64,000 nucleotides of DNA from an uncultured virus (IMG/VR IMGVR_UViG_3300029448_000002) (lineage: Duplodnaviria; Heunggongvirae; Uroviricota; Caudoviricetes): the IMG/VR virus record IMGVR_UViG_3300029448_000002, one strand, 5' to 3'. The first letter of the stretch is position 1. The number at the start of each line of letters is the position of its first letter. The translations under genes were made by a program, and so were the position numbers. Positions 41,718-51,210 of this stretch are shown piece after piece. Below the pieces are notes generated by a model that was given only the letters and a program-made list of their open reading frames with translations, did not search any database and had not been told where the DNA came from.

Positions 41718-42306
41718 GTATGTTCGCACATCCGGAAAGATTAAAAAACTACTATCACAATCGGGTAGTCGATACTCAATTGATAATATTAGTATTGAAT
41801 CTCCACCTGCTCTTAAAAAGGGGGATCAACTTGCTGGCAGTGTTCAATTTTTCTCGTATCCAGTTCCCAAAACAATTGACACGATTCCATACTACCACTT
41901 ATTCCCCGGAGTTCTGGTGATTGATGTAAAACGAGATTACCTCACTGGTATGAATCTTTTTCATTTACCAAGAAAATTTAGAAAATTTTTCCTCACAAAA
42001 GTGCTTACATCAAAATCTCTTGGAAACGAATCTGGCAATGACACACAGATTAATTTCTCATATGAGGGAATGCTTAATGAAACATATTTGTCTGCGGTTG
42101 CCAAAAGTTGTATTAGAAAATATATCATTCCAAGAATGGGTGTGGTATCTTTACAATTACACCCAAATATTTGGGAGGACTTCTTTCTCGGACCAACTTC
42201 AAAAATACTTGAGCGTGCTTGGAGAAAAACCTCTGCTTCGACTGCATATAGAAAATCATACGAAGATATTCTTAAAAATATCCTAGATACATCTGAGAGA
42301 ACGTAA
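41707..42306 (+). CDS. gp2: DNA end protector gp2-like
   Basis: FFSY..IPYY..FP..GMNL.HLP, C.RKY; follows gp4. Confidence 0.7.
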   Translation: MASEYVRTSGKIKKLLSQSGSRYSIDNISIESPPALKKGDQLAGSVQFFSYPVPKTIDTIPYYHLFPGVLVIDVKRDYLTGMNLFHLPRKFRKFFLTKVLTSKSLGNESGNDTQINFSYEGMLNETYLSAVAKSCIRKYIIPRMGVVSLQLHPNIWEDFFLGPTSKILERAWRKTSASTAYRKSYEDILKNILDTSERT

Positions 42307-42875
42307 TGGCAGATTTAGGACCAATTAGTATTAATAGATTTATTGGATCGATGGGGCGGTTTGGAACCCAACGGTCTGATCGTTATCGTTTTGAATTTGT
42401 CAACATACCGGCAAACCTACAAGCCGCCTGTTCCGCCGCTGGATGGGGCGTGAGGGACTTTGTTGAAGAATTCGACAACCGCATCCAATCAATCAATACA
42501 CCCTCTCAGACGGTCGCTACGAACGCTATAAAGGTTAGTGGTATTGACTATGAGCATCCATATCAAATGAACTACGAGGGCGATCTCACGGTTAATTTAC
42601 TTTTAGATAGAGAGTCATTACTTCGTAAAACAATGACAAACTGGTTAAATGGCATTTACCCCACAAGAACTGGATTATACACCTACAGGACAGATTATGT
42701 TTGTGATGCGTATCTTGATATTTTAAACGATAAGGGTGAGGTTGAGGGTCAAAACTCGTTTTTTATTCGTGAAATTTTCCCAAAGTCTGTTGGTTCTTTT
42801 AACTTTGAATCACAAAACACATCAATTATCCAGTTACCCGTGACGTTCTCATTTAAAGAATTTTTCCTAAGATAA
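42306..42875 (+). CDS. Tail-tube-fold baseplate protein (gp54-like)
   Basis: RSDRYRF, WLNGI, EIFPKSVG..F, VTFSFK tube-fold pattern; position before gp26. Confidence 0.65.
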   Translation: MADLGPISINRFIGSMGRFGTQRSDRYRFEFVNIPANLQAACSAAGWGVRDFVEEFDNRIQSINTPSQTVATNAIKVSGIDYEHPYQMNYEGDLTVNLLLDRESLLRKTMTNWLNGIYPTRTGLYTYRTDYVCDAYLDILNDKGEVEGQNSFFIREIFPKSVGSFNFESQNTSIIQLPVTFSFKEFFLR

Positions 42876-42888
42876 TGAAAGGATTATT

Positions 42889-43581
42889 ATGAGCATTCCA
42901 ATTATTGTGACACCAAAATATGAAACTAAAATCCCTAGTGGAGAAATGGTAAAGTTTCGACCATTTCTTGTAAAAGAAGAAAAGGTGATGTTGATGATGA
43001 AAGAAAGTGATTCATCAAAAGACATCATTCGTTGTATTGAAACTGTTGTGCAATCTTGCATTGAAGACGAAACCAAAGTCGAAGAATTGTCATATTTTGA
43101 TCTTGAGCATTTGTTTATTCATATGAGATCAAGATCCGTGGGTGAAAGCATCGACATCAACTACACCTGCGATAAATGTAATAAGGCATTTCCACTGGAG
43201 GTGAGCATCGAGAATCTATCTCTGAACAAAGAGTACCCAGAAGATGTCGTTGTGATGCTGCAAGAAAATGTTGGCGTTGAAGTCCAACCATTGAACTCTC
43301 GTTCAATTGAAAAATACAGTGGTGAAGAGACTGATATTTTAGAATTATCCGAGAATGTTATCAAGACAGTATTTAATGATCAAAACGTTTATCATTTCAA
43401 AGACTTTACAAAAAAAGAACGAAGTGATTTTATTGAATCATTGAGTCTCAAACAGATTCAAAAGATTGTCGAAAAGATGGAAGAGTTCCCAAGATGTGTT
43501 ATCAAACAAAAATGTGAGTGTAAGCACTGTGGAGAGGAACTTGATATTGAAGTGGAGGGTTTGCAGAATTTTTTTACTTGA
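42889..43581 (+). CDS. gp26: Baseplate hub assembly protein gp26
   Basis: P.YE..IPSG..VKFRPFLVKEEK, FDLE.LFI.MRSRSVGE, two CxxC, EGLQNFF. Confidence 0.9.
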   Translation: MSIPIIVTPKYETKIPSGEMVKFRPFLVKEEKVMLMMKESDSSKDIIRCIETVVQSCIEDETKVEELSYFDLEHLFIHMRSRSVGESIDINYTCDKCNKAFPLEVSIENLSLNKEYPEDVVVMLQENVGVEVQPLNSRSIEKYSGEETDILELSENVIKTVFNDQNVYHFKDFTKKERSDFIESLSLKQIQKIVEKMEEFPRCVIKQKCECKHCGEELDIEVEGLQNFFT

Positions 43582-43769
43582 TGATGGGTCACGACTCAAT
43601 TGCGTCCCATCTACAAATGAATTTTCACCTGATGATCAAGGCACATATGAGTCTTGAAACAATTAGCAATATGATGCCGTGGGAAAGAATTATTTACATC
43701 AATCTCTACATTCAAGATATTGAAAATGAAAGAAAGGAATACGAAAGACTAGGAGCAAAGAATGGCTGA
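43578..43769 (+). CDS. gp51: Baseplate hub assembly catalyst gp51
   Basis: NFHLM..H.SL..I.NMMPWER.IY. Confidence 0.85.
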   Translation: MMMGHDSIASHLQMNFHLMIKAHMSLETISNMMPWERIIYINLYIQDIENERKEYERLGAKNG

Positions 43770-45399
43770 ATTTGAAGGACTAGACCCAAAATCGGAACGA
43801 GATGAAATCAGAGATATCATCTCTGCTTTGTCACAGGGTAACGAAGGTGAAGATAAACTCGAAAAAGATATCTCAGACATTAAAAGTAATGTTGATGTAA
43901 TCGTGTCTAAAACGTTGTCTGGTCCATCAAAAGAGGAGCGAGAGGAGAACGCTCGACAAGAAAAAAATAATGCAAACTTTTTGGCTACCCTCTTGGCACA
44001 AAAACTTGCTGGTATTTTCGGAAAGCAACTCCAAGCACTTTCCGAAATCGCAAAAAATACCAGACCGCTCACTGAAGACGGATTCACAATTCCGGGTAAA
44101 GGTGCGTTAGCAGGAAGTGCAGTCGTCGCCAGTGAAGTTGGACGACCACTTGGAGCGGCAAAAGCAATCAAAGACAGTAGAAGTATTCGTGTGGCTTTTA
44201 TCAGAGGTGTCAAAAACCCATTGATAAGATTGTTTAGATCCATCGGTAATATTTCTTTCGGCAGAAGTGGCGATTCGATTAGAGTCCGGCTCATTTCACT
44301 GCGTACGCAATTCACAGAATTTTTCAACCGACTTAATACAAAATTTTTCGGAGATGGTAAAAACACACTTTTTGCAAGAATAGAAAGATTCTTTGGCAAT
44401 ATTAGTAGAGCGTTCGGACCTTCAGGAAGAATTGGAAGATTGTTTGCAGAAGGTGGTGTATTTGCAGGTGTGTCTAATTTGTTCAAAAATGTCGGTGGTA
44501 TCTTAGGTAAGTTCAAACCATTCTTTAGGAGTATCTTTAGACTTGTTCCTTTCCTTGGACAACTACTCATCGCTTTCGACGCTATTACAGGATTTATCAA
44601 AGGATTCACCGCAGAGGATGGTGGATTTTTGAAAGGGATCCGACAAGCCTTTGCCAGTGTGTTGGAGGGTCTAACATTTGGATTGTTGTCTGAGGAAGGA
44701 GTGATGGGTTTCTTTGATAAGGTGATTGATGGGTTATCGGGATTCTTTACAAAAGTATTTGAATTCTTTACAATTACACTGCCAAACGTATTTTCCAAAG
44801 TCAAAAATTTCTTTATTAAAACATTACCAGACTTCTTTTCTGTTACACTTCCGGGCTTCATAAAATTAGGAGTTGCAGAGGCATCATTTTTCTTTACGGA
44901 TACGATACCCACAGCATTCTCAAACTTAGTTGACCGTGTTAAAATTATGGTGAACAATGTCACGGCGATGTTGATGGATGGTGCTGCATCTATCATTGAG
45001 GGATTCAATGACAAAATTAGCGGAATACCGTTTCTTAAAAATTTAACTATTGGTGGTACAGAGGCTCTTCGTGGAGGAGCAGCAGCGTCCCGTAATTTAA
45101 GTGCTAATCTTGAAAATCAAATTCTTGATAGAACAGCAGCAACACAGGGAAGAATTGCAAATATTCGTCGTGATATTACATCAGAAATGGAAAGAAAAAT
45201 GGAAGCGAGAGAAAGAGTCTTTGATGCAAGATTACGAGCAGAACGTGAGTCTGGTTCTGGAGCATCAACAGTAATTGTTCAAAACAGCACAACGCCTGTG
45301 AACAACAACTTTGCTCTTGAGTCTACACCAAGTCCTGTGTCAGCAGATATGGAAGCGGCAGCATACGCTATGCAAGGAATAGCATACGGCGGTAGATAA
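43762..45399 (+). CDS. Probable tape measure protein (gp29 position)
   Basis: 545 aa, amphipathic FF/G-rich helical repeats, follows gp51, ends at a terminator. Confidence 0.6.
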   Translation: MAEFEGLDPKSERDEIRDIISALSQGNEGEDKLEKDISDIKSNVDVIVSKTLSGPSKEEREENARQEKNNANFLATLLAQKLAGIFGKQLQALSEIAKNTRPLTEDGFTIPGKGALAGSAVVASEVGRPLGAAKAIKDSRSIRVAFIRGVKNPLIRLFRSIGNISFGRSGDSIRVRLISLRTQFTEFFNRLNTKFFGDGKNTLFARIERFFGNISRAFGPSGRIGRLFAEGGVFAGVSNLFKNVGGILGKFKPFFRSIFRLVPFLGQLLIAFDAITGFIKGFTAEDGGFLKGIRQAFASVLEGLTFGLLSEEGVMGFFDKVIDGLSGFFTKVFEFFTITLPNVFSKVKNFFIKTLPDFFSVTLPGFIKLGVAEASFFFTDTIPTAFSNLVDRVKIMVNNVTAMLMDGAASIIEGFNDKISGIPFLKNLTIGGTEALRGGAAASRNLSANLENQILDRTAATQGRIANIRRDITSEMERKMEARERVFDARLRAERESGSGASTVIVQNSTTPVNNNFALESTPSPVSADMEAAAYAMQGIAYGGR

Positions 45400-45427
45400 A
45401 AAAACCCCCGCCGAAGCGGGGGTTCTT
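45398..45427. terminator. Bidirectional intrinsic terminator
   Basis: A-tract, then CCCCCGC-CGAA-GCGGGGG hairpin, then TTCTT, between convergent genes. Confidence 0.88.
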
Positions 45428-45452
45428 GTGGATTCCATCTCTACGAATGGAA

Positions 45453-46355
45453 TCAGTCCTCGGCTGCGAGCCGTTGGAAGTAGTCCAATGCAGACTCTTC
45501 CGAATCAGGCTGGACTTCCTCACGGTCCACCTGACCACCACCAGAAACCGTATCCTCAGTTTTGGTAACTGGTGCATCATTGACAGCAATTGTTTCTGCT
45601 GTCGTAGTCGGCTGCGAGCCGCCAAGAACACTCTCAAGACGAGTCTTCAACTCATCATAAGATTTGTAGTTTGCCGGATCGACAAACTCACTGAGAGCAT
45701 ACTCTTGCTCCCAGATTGCCTTCAACTTCTCCTCATCTCCATCAAGAAGAGCGGAAGGCGAATCAAACTCCGACTTGTCGTAGTTGGGATAACCAGCGAC
45801 CTTGCGTTGACGCAATCGGAAGTTTGCACCTTGCCAGAAATCGAATGGGATGATAGGTTCTTCATCCGCAAACTCTGGCTTCATTGCATCCATAATCTTT
45901 TGATGAATCTTAACCCCGTAACGATAAAGGAAAACCTTACCGTTGTTTTCGGGATTACCTGAATCATTAATGACAAGGATGTTTGATACAAAGTTCTTCT
46001 TTCTCTTATACTTCTGAGAAACAAGATCCTTGTTGGATTGCAAACCACTGTTCCAAAGTTTACTGTTCATTTCCGAAACCGGATCTTTCTCACCAAAAGT
46101 GGTGCGAGAGTTTTCAATGAACCAGCCACCCGGACCTTGGAATGCGTGATTGAAATACAGAACCCAAGCATCCTCTTCACCCGATGCTTCGGGCAAGAAA
46201 CGAATCACTGCACTTGCGGTTCCTGCGTCATCAACGGTCGGTCGCCAGAAGCGATCATCCTTGTATGACTTCTTTTCTCCATCATCCATTGACGTAAGTT
46301 TCTGGATGAGAGCATCTTTGTTTTCACTGCGACGTTTAAGTTCTTCAAATGACAT
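45453..46355 (-). CDS. gp32: Single-stranded DNA-binding protein gp32
   Basis: DDRFWRP, AVIRFLP, HAFQGPGGWFIEN, FDFWQGANF, NYDKSEF, LDYFQRLAAED. Confidence 0.97.
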   Translation of the reverse strand: MSFEELKRRSENKDALIQKLTSMDDGEKKSYKDDRFWRPTVDDAGTASAVIRFLPEASGEEDAWVLYFNHAFQGPGGWFIENSRTTFGEKDPVSEMNSKLWNSGLQSNKDLVSQKYKRKKNFVSNILVINDSGNPENNGKVFLYRYGVKIHQKIMDAMKPEFADEEPIIPFDFWQGANFRLRQRKVAGYPNYDKSEFDSPSALLDGDEEKLKAIWEQEYALSEFVDPANYKSYDELKTRLESVLGGSQPTTTAETIAVNDAPVTKTEDTVSGGGQVDREEVQPDSEESALDYFQRLAAED

Positions 46356-46408
46356 AACTGTTTTCTCCTGTTTTAGTTGTTGTTGTCTGTTGTCGGACAG
46401 TTGTAGTT

Positions 46409-46436
46409 ATTGTAGTCGGGTCTGACCCCGTGTCAA
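46409..46436 (-). promoter_or_regulatory. sigma70-type promoter for gp32 (TTGACA-N16-TACAAT)
   Basis: -35 at 46431-46436, -10 at 46409-46414; spacer contains the GGGTC-A-GACCC palindrome. Confidence 0.7.
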
Positions 46437-46660
46437 GACCCATCTGAAAATAATTTTGGACCGCGTGGAAGTAGATTTATGTTTTCGGCTTCCACCCGAA
46501 TTTTTTCAATAATTGGCTTTGATAGATATTTTGCAGCGAGTTCTGGCTCAATGCTCATTTCATCACAAAGTAGGTTAATTGTTTCCATATATCCATTACC
46601 AGTCTTTAGAACATTTTCCTCCACTTTTCTGGAGAAAGTCTTTTCTAAATCTTCAAACAT
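46433..46660 (-). CDS. gp33: Late-transcription coactivator gp33
   Basis: FS..VE..V..YMETI..C....IEPE...KYLSKPI.EKI..EA..INLL; ATG 46660 has a GAGG RBS. Confidence 0.85.
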   Translation of the reverse strand: MFEDLEKTFSRKVEENVLKTGNGYMETINLLCDEMSIEPELAAKYLSKPIIEKIRVEAENINLLPRGPKLFSDGS

Positions 46661-46672
46661 ATTCACCTCGCA

Positions 46673-46685
46673 TACATATTATGTA
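46673..46685. promoter_or_regulatory. Palindromic pair of late boxes TACATA-T-TATGTA between divergent gp33 and ORF 46703
   Basis: + box at 46673-46678, - box at 46680-46685. Confidence 0.6.
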
Positions 46686-46702
46686 GTACGGAGTATACAC
46701 CT

Positions 46703-47413
46703 ATGTCACAGTTTCAGCAAGACAATGTTCAACTAAATCCCGGTCTTTCCGGAGCAAACGTAGCGACCGATTATGTGTCCACCAAAAATGCACATTACCA
46801 AATTGTAAAACTTGACTTTGGTGATGAAAACTCATTTTCTCAAGTTTCAAATCAAAACCCACTTCCTGTAAATATTCAAGGAATCAACAACACCTTCCAG
46901 ACTCTTCCCGTTGCCGGAAACACTGAGGGTGGTGCGATTTTGGTCACAGGAACCTTTGGATTTACGGGTACGATTACCGGAGATCAATTCAGAGTTACAA
47001 TTGATGGCTTAACGACTGGATTGACATTTGGTGTTCAAAATGTGTCAGGCACTACTTTGGACATCAGTGGTTCACAGGTGACAATCTCTAACGTTGTTTT
47101 ACCATCCTCATTGACGATGGGTTCACAAGTTATTGGCACGGCGGTTCCGAGCATCGTGACACTTGCTGGTTTTTCCTGTGAAACTGGTGTCAAAATTAAA
47201 AATTTCGCCGGTCTGACAAACAGTGGTGCAATTATTACTGTATCAAATAGTAATTACTCATCTGGTGGTGCAACCGCAAACGCTTACTTACTGCTTCCCG
47301 GCGAGGAAGTCTTCATTGAATTAGACGATATTGATCGTCTTCGATTCTCTGCACTTGTTGATCCATTCAACCCGACAAGAGAATTTGGAACATTTACCTA
47401 TCAGGCTTCATAA
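46703..47413 (+). CDS. Hypothetical, probably virion, protein (G/T-rich beta structure)
   Basis: Late box upstream; HYQIVKL.FG..NPLPV N-terminus; C-terminal domain paralogous to ORF 51211. Confidence 0.7.
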   Translation: MSQFQQDNVQLNPGLSGANVATDYVSTKNAHYQIVKLDFGDENSFSQVSNQNPLPVNIQGINNTFQTLPVAGNTEGGAILVTGTFGFTGTITGDQFRVTIDGLTTGLTFGVQNVSGTTLDISGSQVTISNVVLPSSLTMGSQVIGTAVPSIVTLAGFSCETGVKIKNFAGLTNSGAIITVSNSNYSSGGATANAYLLLPGEEVFIELDDIDRLRFSALVDPFNPTREFGTFTYQAS

Positions 47414-48480
47414 TGAGACAAAAGATTCGCAAGGCTGTCGCAGCACTTTCAAGAGGACAACTTTTACGAGTAGACCAAACCGTTGCATTTGATGTTAACG
47501 AACCACCGTATTTACCAGATGCTCTTGGAGCCTGTTGCACGACAGGCGGCGCACAAGATGGAACGTTCTGTCAGTGTAGTGATAATGTTTTGGGTCGTGA
47601 TTGCTGTCTTCAAGGTGGAATTCATTTTCCCGAAGCGGCGTGCGCTGATCTAACTTGTTGCGAACCCGGACCAGACTGCTTTGGTGCTTTTTGTAATAAT
47701 GCACCCGGAACACCCGCACTATGTGTCGAAGGCACAAGATCAAATCCACCAGAAGGTGATTTCGTGTTTCAAGGCTGTGGAACAGATTGTTCTACAACAA
47801 TTTGCCCAGAACCAGAAACCATTAATCGTTGCTGTAAAAAGTGCGGTGATGGTTTTATCAATCCCGATGCTTTGAATGGAGAGTGCGAGGCATTTCAAGG
47901 AATGTCATTGTCATATTGTGATAATCAAGGCGGTGATTTTACAGAGAACGCCACCTGTAAAGATACTCCCATCTGTGCCGATGAGTGTGTCAAAGCACCA
48001 CCAACTGGTGCTTGTTGTTTCATTGCTCCCAACACTGGGGAACTCACCTGTGTTGATGGCGTCGAAGAGGGAGTTTGTGTAGATACATTAGAAGGTGTTT
48101 TTAAGTTAAATCAAACTTGCGACAGTTCTCCTTGCATTGAAGTTAGTACGATATGTTGTGAGGCTCCTACCACGGTAACTTATGAAGCCTGTGGAGCATT
48201 TACTGCGTGTGTTATCAATAGTGATTGCACCAAAAGTGTTGTAGATGTAGGTGATAGTTTACAGTGTTGCGCTCCGAATACTGGTAGTATTCCCGGTGAA
48301 ACGTTTACAGATTGCTCTTGTACCTCCTCTGGATGTCAGTTTGCAAAAGCATTTGCCGATTGCAATTTAAGTGAATGTGAAGATCCAAATGGAACCGGAT
48401 CGAGTGAACAGGACTGTTGTGATGCTGGTGGAGGTTCTTACGAGGCAATCCTAGACTGTGGAGTCGATTGCCCTCTTTGA
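47413..48480 (+). CDS. Cysteine-rich GACC-repeat protein
   Basis: About 45 Cys in 355 aa; repeated GACC..C..C..GG.F..C..C units; TAATG-coupled to the upstream gene. Confidence 0.8.
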   Translation: MRQKIRKAVAALSRGQLLRVDQTVAFDVNEPPYLPDALGACCTTGGAQDGTFCQCSDNVLGRDCCLQGGIHFPEAACADLTCCEPGPDCFGAFCNNAPGTPALCVEGTRSNPPEGDFVFQGCGTDCSTTICPEPETINRCCKKCGDGFINPDALNGECEAFQGMSLSYCDNQGGDFTENATCKDTPICADECVKAPPTGACCFIAPNTGELTCVDGVEEGVCVDTLEGVFKLNQTCDSSPCIEVSTICCEAPTTVTYEACGAFTACVINSDCTKSVVDVGDSLQCCAPNTGSIPGETFTDCSCTSSGCQFAKAFADCNLSECEDPNGTGSSEQDCCDAGGGSYEAILDCGVDCPL

Positions 48481-48493
48481 TAAGGAGTTTTAA

Positions 48494-49684
48494 ATGAAAA
48501 AAATCGCATTTAGTGTAAAGAAAGAACTAAAACGTATTTTTAATACAGATTCCGATATTAACTCAACCAAATTGTTGACATTTAATTCGATTGGTATTAG
48601 GAACACACGATTTCTTTTAAATAATACTTTTACAACTAGAATTACATCAAATATGACAGAAAGATTTGATACCAAAATCATCAAAGGTAAAATAAACTTT
48701 GGGAGTATCAAAAATGACTTTCCCCTTGGTTTGGATATCAATTCGCCAGATATAACAGAAACAGAAAAATTAAGCCCGACACACGTTTCAAAAATTATTC
48801 TCAGTGGGTCGTATAGTGTATTTGAGGCTTTTAGAACAAAAGATCAGAGTAGATTTATGCTTCAAGAAATTATGGAAAGTTTCTTTAAAATTTCTTCTGA
48901 CAATGAATCTAATATGAATCCAGACATAAGTAAATTTTCTGGTCTTTTACGCGGTGTGTCAGGAAAAGAAGTGACGAGTCCTTTTTTTGCATCAAACGAA
49001 TTACAACAGTCATACTTCTACTTTCCTCTAAACACAGGTGATGCACAGTTGATCGCCGGTGATCGAGTAAACTCTGCAACGATTAATCTTAAAATTCTTG
49101 CACACTATGGTGACAGAGCAAACAACTTTGAAATTTTCCAAGGTGCATCCCCATTGTTCGGTAAACTTGAAATTCAACCAAGAGTTTTTGAAGTGGTTCG
49201 AGTCAAGAAACCATTTGGTTATCCTCTGATTCAACGCGGTGTCAACACACCCGAAGGTCGGTATGGCAACGGAACAAATGAATTCTGGGAGTCGTACTAC
49301 GGCACAGGATCAAAAGACGTTGATACAAGCGTGCGATCAGAGTTTACGGTGAGCAAACCACTCAAGCCCGGAGACATTTTAAAAATTGACATTTCTGATC
49401 TTGTGCAAGACGCGATTGACAATCGTGACTCAATCATTCGTTTTGTTATTCGACCAAAGATGGCTGTGTATGAAAAGAGTGGTTGTGCGACAACGACAAC
49501 AGGAAATACATCAGTGGCAGACGGAGGCTTCGGTGTGGGCAATCATTACTTCGAGTTTGAACGAGGTGGGGACACCGTGTTGAAGCAACCATCACTGTCA
49601 TTGAACATTGTTCCATCACCTACGTCAAGCGGCTCAAGAAGAGCAAGACTCGCAAGGCAATACACGGTTCAATTATCTTCGTGA
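48494..49684 (+). CDS. Hypothetical protein; C-terminal half resembles DNRLRE-type beta-sandwich modules
   Basis: AAGGAG RBS; VNSATINL, W...GTG..D, IDISDLVQDAI, P.LSL pattern. Confidence 0.6.
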   Translation: MKKIAFSVKKELKRIFNTDSDINSTKLLTFNSIGIRNTRFLLNNTFTTRITSNMTERFDTKIIKGKINFGSIKNDFPLGLDINSPDITETEKLSPTHVSKIILSGSYSVFEAFRTKDQSRFMLQEIMESFFKISSDNESNMNPDISKFSGLLRGVSGKEVTSPFFASNELQQSYFYFPLNTGDAQLIAGDRVNSATINLKILAHYGDRANNFEIFQGASPLFGKLEIQPRVFEVVRVKKPFGYPLIQRGVNTPEGRYGNGTNEFWESYYGTGSKDVDTSVRSEFTVSKPLKPGDILKIDISDLVQDAIDNRDSIIRFVIRPKMAVYEKSGCATTTTGNTSVADGGFGVGNHYFEFERGGDTVLKQPSLSLNIVPSPTSSGSRRARLARQYTVQLSS

Positions 49685-50317
49685 GTTGTAGATTTCCATT
49701 GCACGCTTGAGTTCACGCACATAGTCAACAGGCTTCTTGACAAAGACTTGATTCGCTCCGTCTTCGGACGAGATGAGAATCACGATCTGGTCGATCTCTT
49801 CATTCATCATCTCATTCCACATAATCGAGTAGGCTGTGGCTTGGCAGAAATAGTTTGTGATATTGGATGGTGACTTGCGACGAGTAGAACCCTTGAAGTC
49901 AATGATACTCAACTTGCCATCAAACTCAGCAACACAATCCACACGCCCAGCCAGTTTCAGAGTGTGACTCCAGAGCGGGACTTCCTGCGCCCGAACGTTG
50001 TCAATACGATGCAGGCTTCGTTTCATATTTGCAAACAATGTTGCTTCATTAGGAGCGAGTTCACCGACTTCTTCGTTGTTGAGGTAATTCTCACAGGCAA
50101 GGTGCAGGACATTGCCACGGTCAGTTGTACGCTTGGCTTCCACAGGATTCTCTCTTCGCCATTTTGCAAAGAAATTGGCTTTCTCAAATCCAACAACTGT
50201 TGTAACAGAGGGATAGCGGTTTTCACCGGGAGCAAGATAAAAACGACCCTCTTCAGTCTGGACGGTTTTCATTTCTTGAATATTTTTGGGTGGTTGGATA
50301 TGTGTGAATTCTTTCAT
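49673..50317 (-). CDS. PD-(D/E)xK exonuclease (Cas4-like phage nuclease)
   Basis: RYPSVTTV, RGNVLH..E.YL, LAGRVDCVAEFDGKLSIIDFK, YFCQATAY; ATG 50317 preferred, downstream of the promoter. Confidence 0.88.
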   Translation of the reverse strand: MKEFTHIQPPKNIQEMKTVQTEEGRFYLAPGENRYPSVTTVVGFEKANFFAKWRRENPVEAKRTTDRGNVLHLACENYLNNEEVGELAPNEATLFANMKRSLHRIDNVRAQEVPLWSHTLKLAGRVDCVAEFDGKLSIIDFKGSTRRKSPSNITNYFCQATAYSIMWNEMMNEEIDQIVILISSEDGANQVFVKKPVDYVRELKRAMEIYNSRR

Positions 50318-50326
50318 TACATTCAA

Positions 50327-50354
50327 ATTATAATCACAACGGGAGGCGTGTCAA
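50327..50354 (-). promoter_or_regulatory. sigma70-type promoter for the exonuclease (TTGACA-N16-TATAAT)
   Basis: Perfect -35 (50349-50354) and -10 (50327-50332). Confidence 0.75.
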
Positions 50355-51209
50355 TCAAAAACTTGGTCTGGAATTTCTAAATCTATTGCCAGTCGGAAGA
50401 ACATTCAGTCCACTCCTTGAGGGAGTTTTAATGGTTCCAGAAGCACTGCCAATGTCCCATTTTCTTGCCATTAGGGCTTCGATAATTTGTCTTTGTTTGT
50501 CTAACACAGTTCCTTTTCTACAAATAAATTCACCAATTTTCATATCACTTTTCCCCAATTCTAAGTCACCATTACAGGAGAGGTCTGTGGTAAAACTCGC
50601 CGATTTGATTTCTTCTCCATTTTTGTATGTTTTCAAAGTACCATCGGTTCGGACAAGTTCAAGGAAAGTAGTTTTATTCAATTCAAGAGCCGTGCCGCCG
50701 CTCGTTGAATATGTAACAGATGAACCAATACGAAAATCCATAAAAGTGTTTATTTGAATATCCCAAGGATTGGAGCCTGACCCAATCGCTTTTTGACAAA
50801 TTGAGGTGCGAGATCCGAATTGTCCGCCAGTTTCAAGTTCATACACTATGCCGATGTAAAAATCGCCTGTGCCGATGTTGTCCATAAGGTCGCCATCCGT
50901 GAGAAGGTCGGTTGCCGCACCACGACCACTCGCTCCATCGGGGGCTAATGCAGTAAGACCATTTATGGTGGACAGGGCTGGTTGTAAGTTTGAAGTGGAC
51001 TGTGCAAAATTAGCACCACCGGGGACTAAGTTCGCCCAACCGGAAACTGTGTTTGGAATGTTAAGAGGATTTTTGGTGACACCTTCTGTTGCAGAGAACC
51101 AGCCGTCAAAACCACCAATACTCATTCCCGGAATATTACGACGGTTGATTAATCGTGAACCAAGTGCCATCGCTTGATTCATTTGCTTTTTTGCTGCTGA
51201 GGGTTTCAT
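50355..51209 (-). CDS. LamG/concanavalin-A-like domain protein (probable virion adhesin)
   Basis: GWFSA..G..VSGWANL..FAQST...QP, YKNG, IGEFI..IEALMARKWDI; start MKPSAAKK at 51209, right after the upstream stop. Confidence 0.7.
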   Translation of the reverse strand: MKPSAAKKQMNQAMALGSRLINRRNIPGMSIGGFDGWFSATEGVTKNPLNIPNTVSGWANLVPGGANFAQSTSNLQPALSTINGLTALAPDGASGRGAATDLLTDGDLMDNIGTGDFYIGIVYELETGGQFGSRTSICQKAIGSGSNPWDIQINTFMDFRIGSSVTYSTSGGTALELNKTTFLELVRTDGTLKTYKNGEEIKSASFTTDLSCNGDLELGKSDMKIGEFICRKGTVLDKQRQIIEALMARKWDIGSASGTIKTPSRSGLNVLPTGNRFRNSRPSF

Positions 51210-51210
51210 A

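Noticed and set aside
43749..45014. 421-aa - strand ORF
   Set aside because: Antisense to the tape-measure-like gene; stop-free because of codon bias on the coding strand.
49673..50317. Cas4-like nuclease as evidence of CRISPR-Cas
   Set aside because: Common stand-alone T4-like exonuclease; no array or other cas genes.
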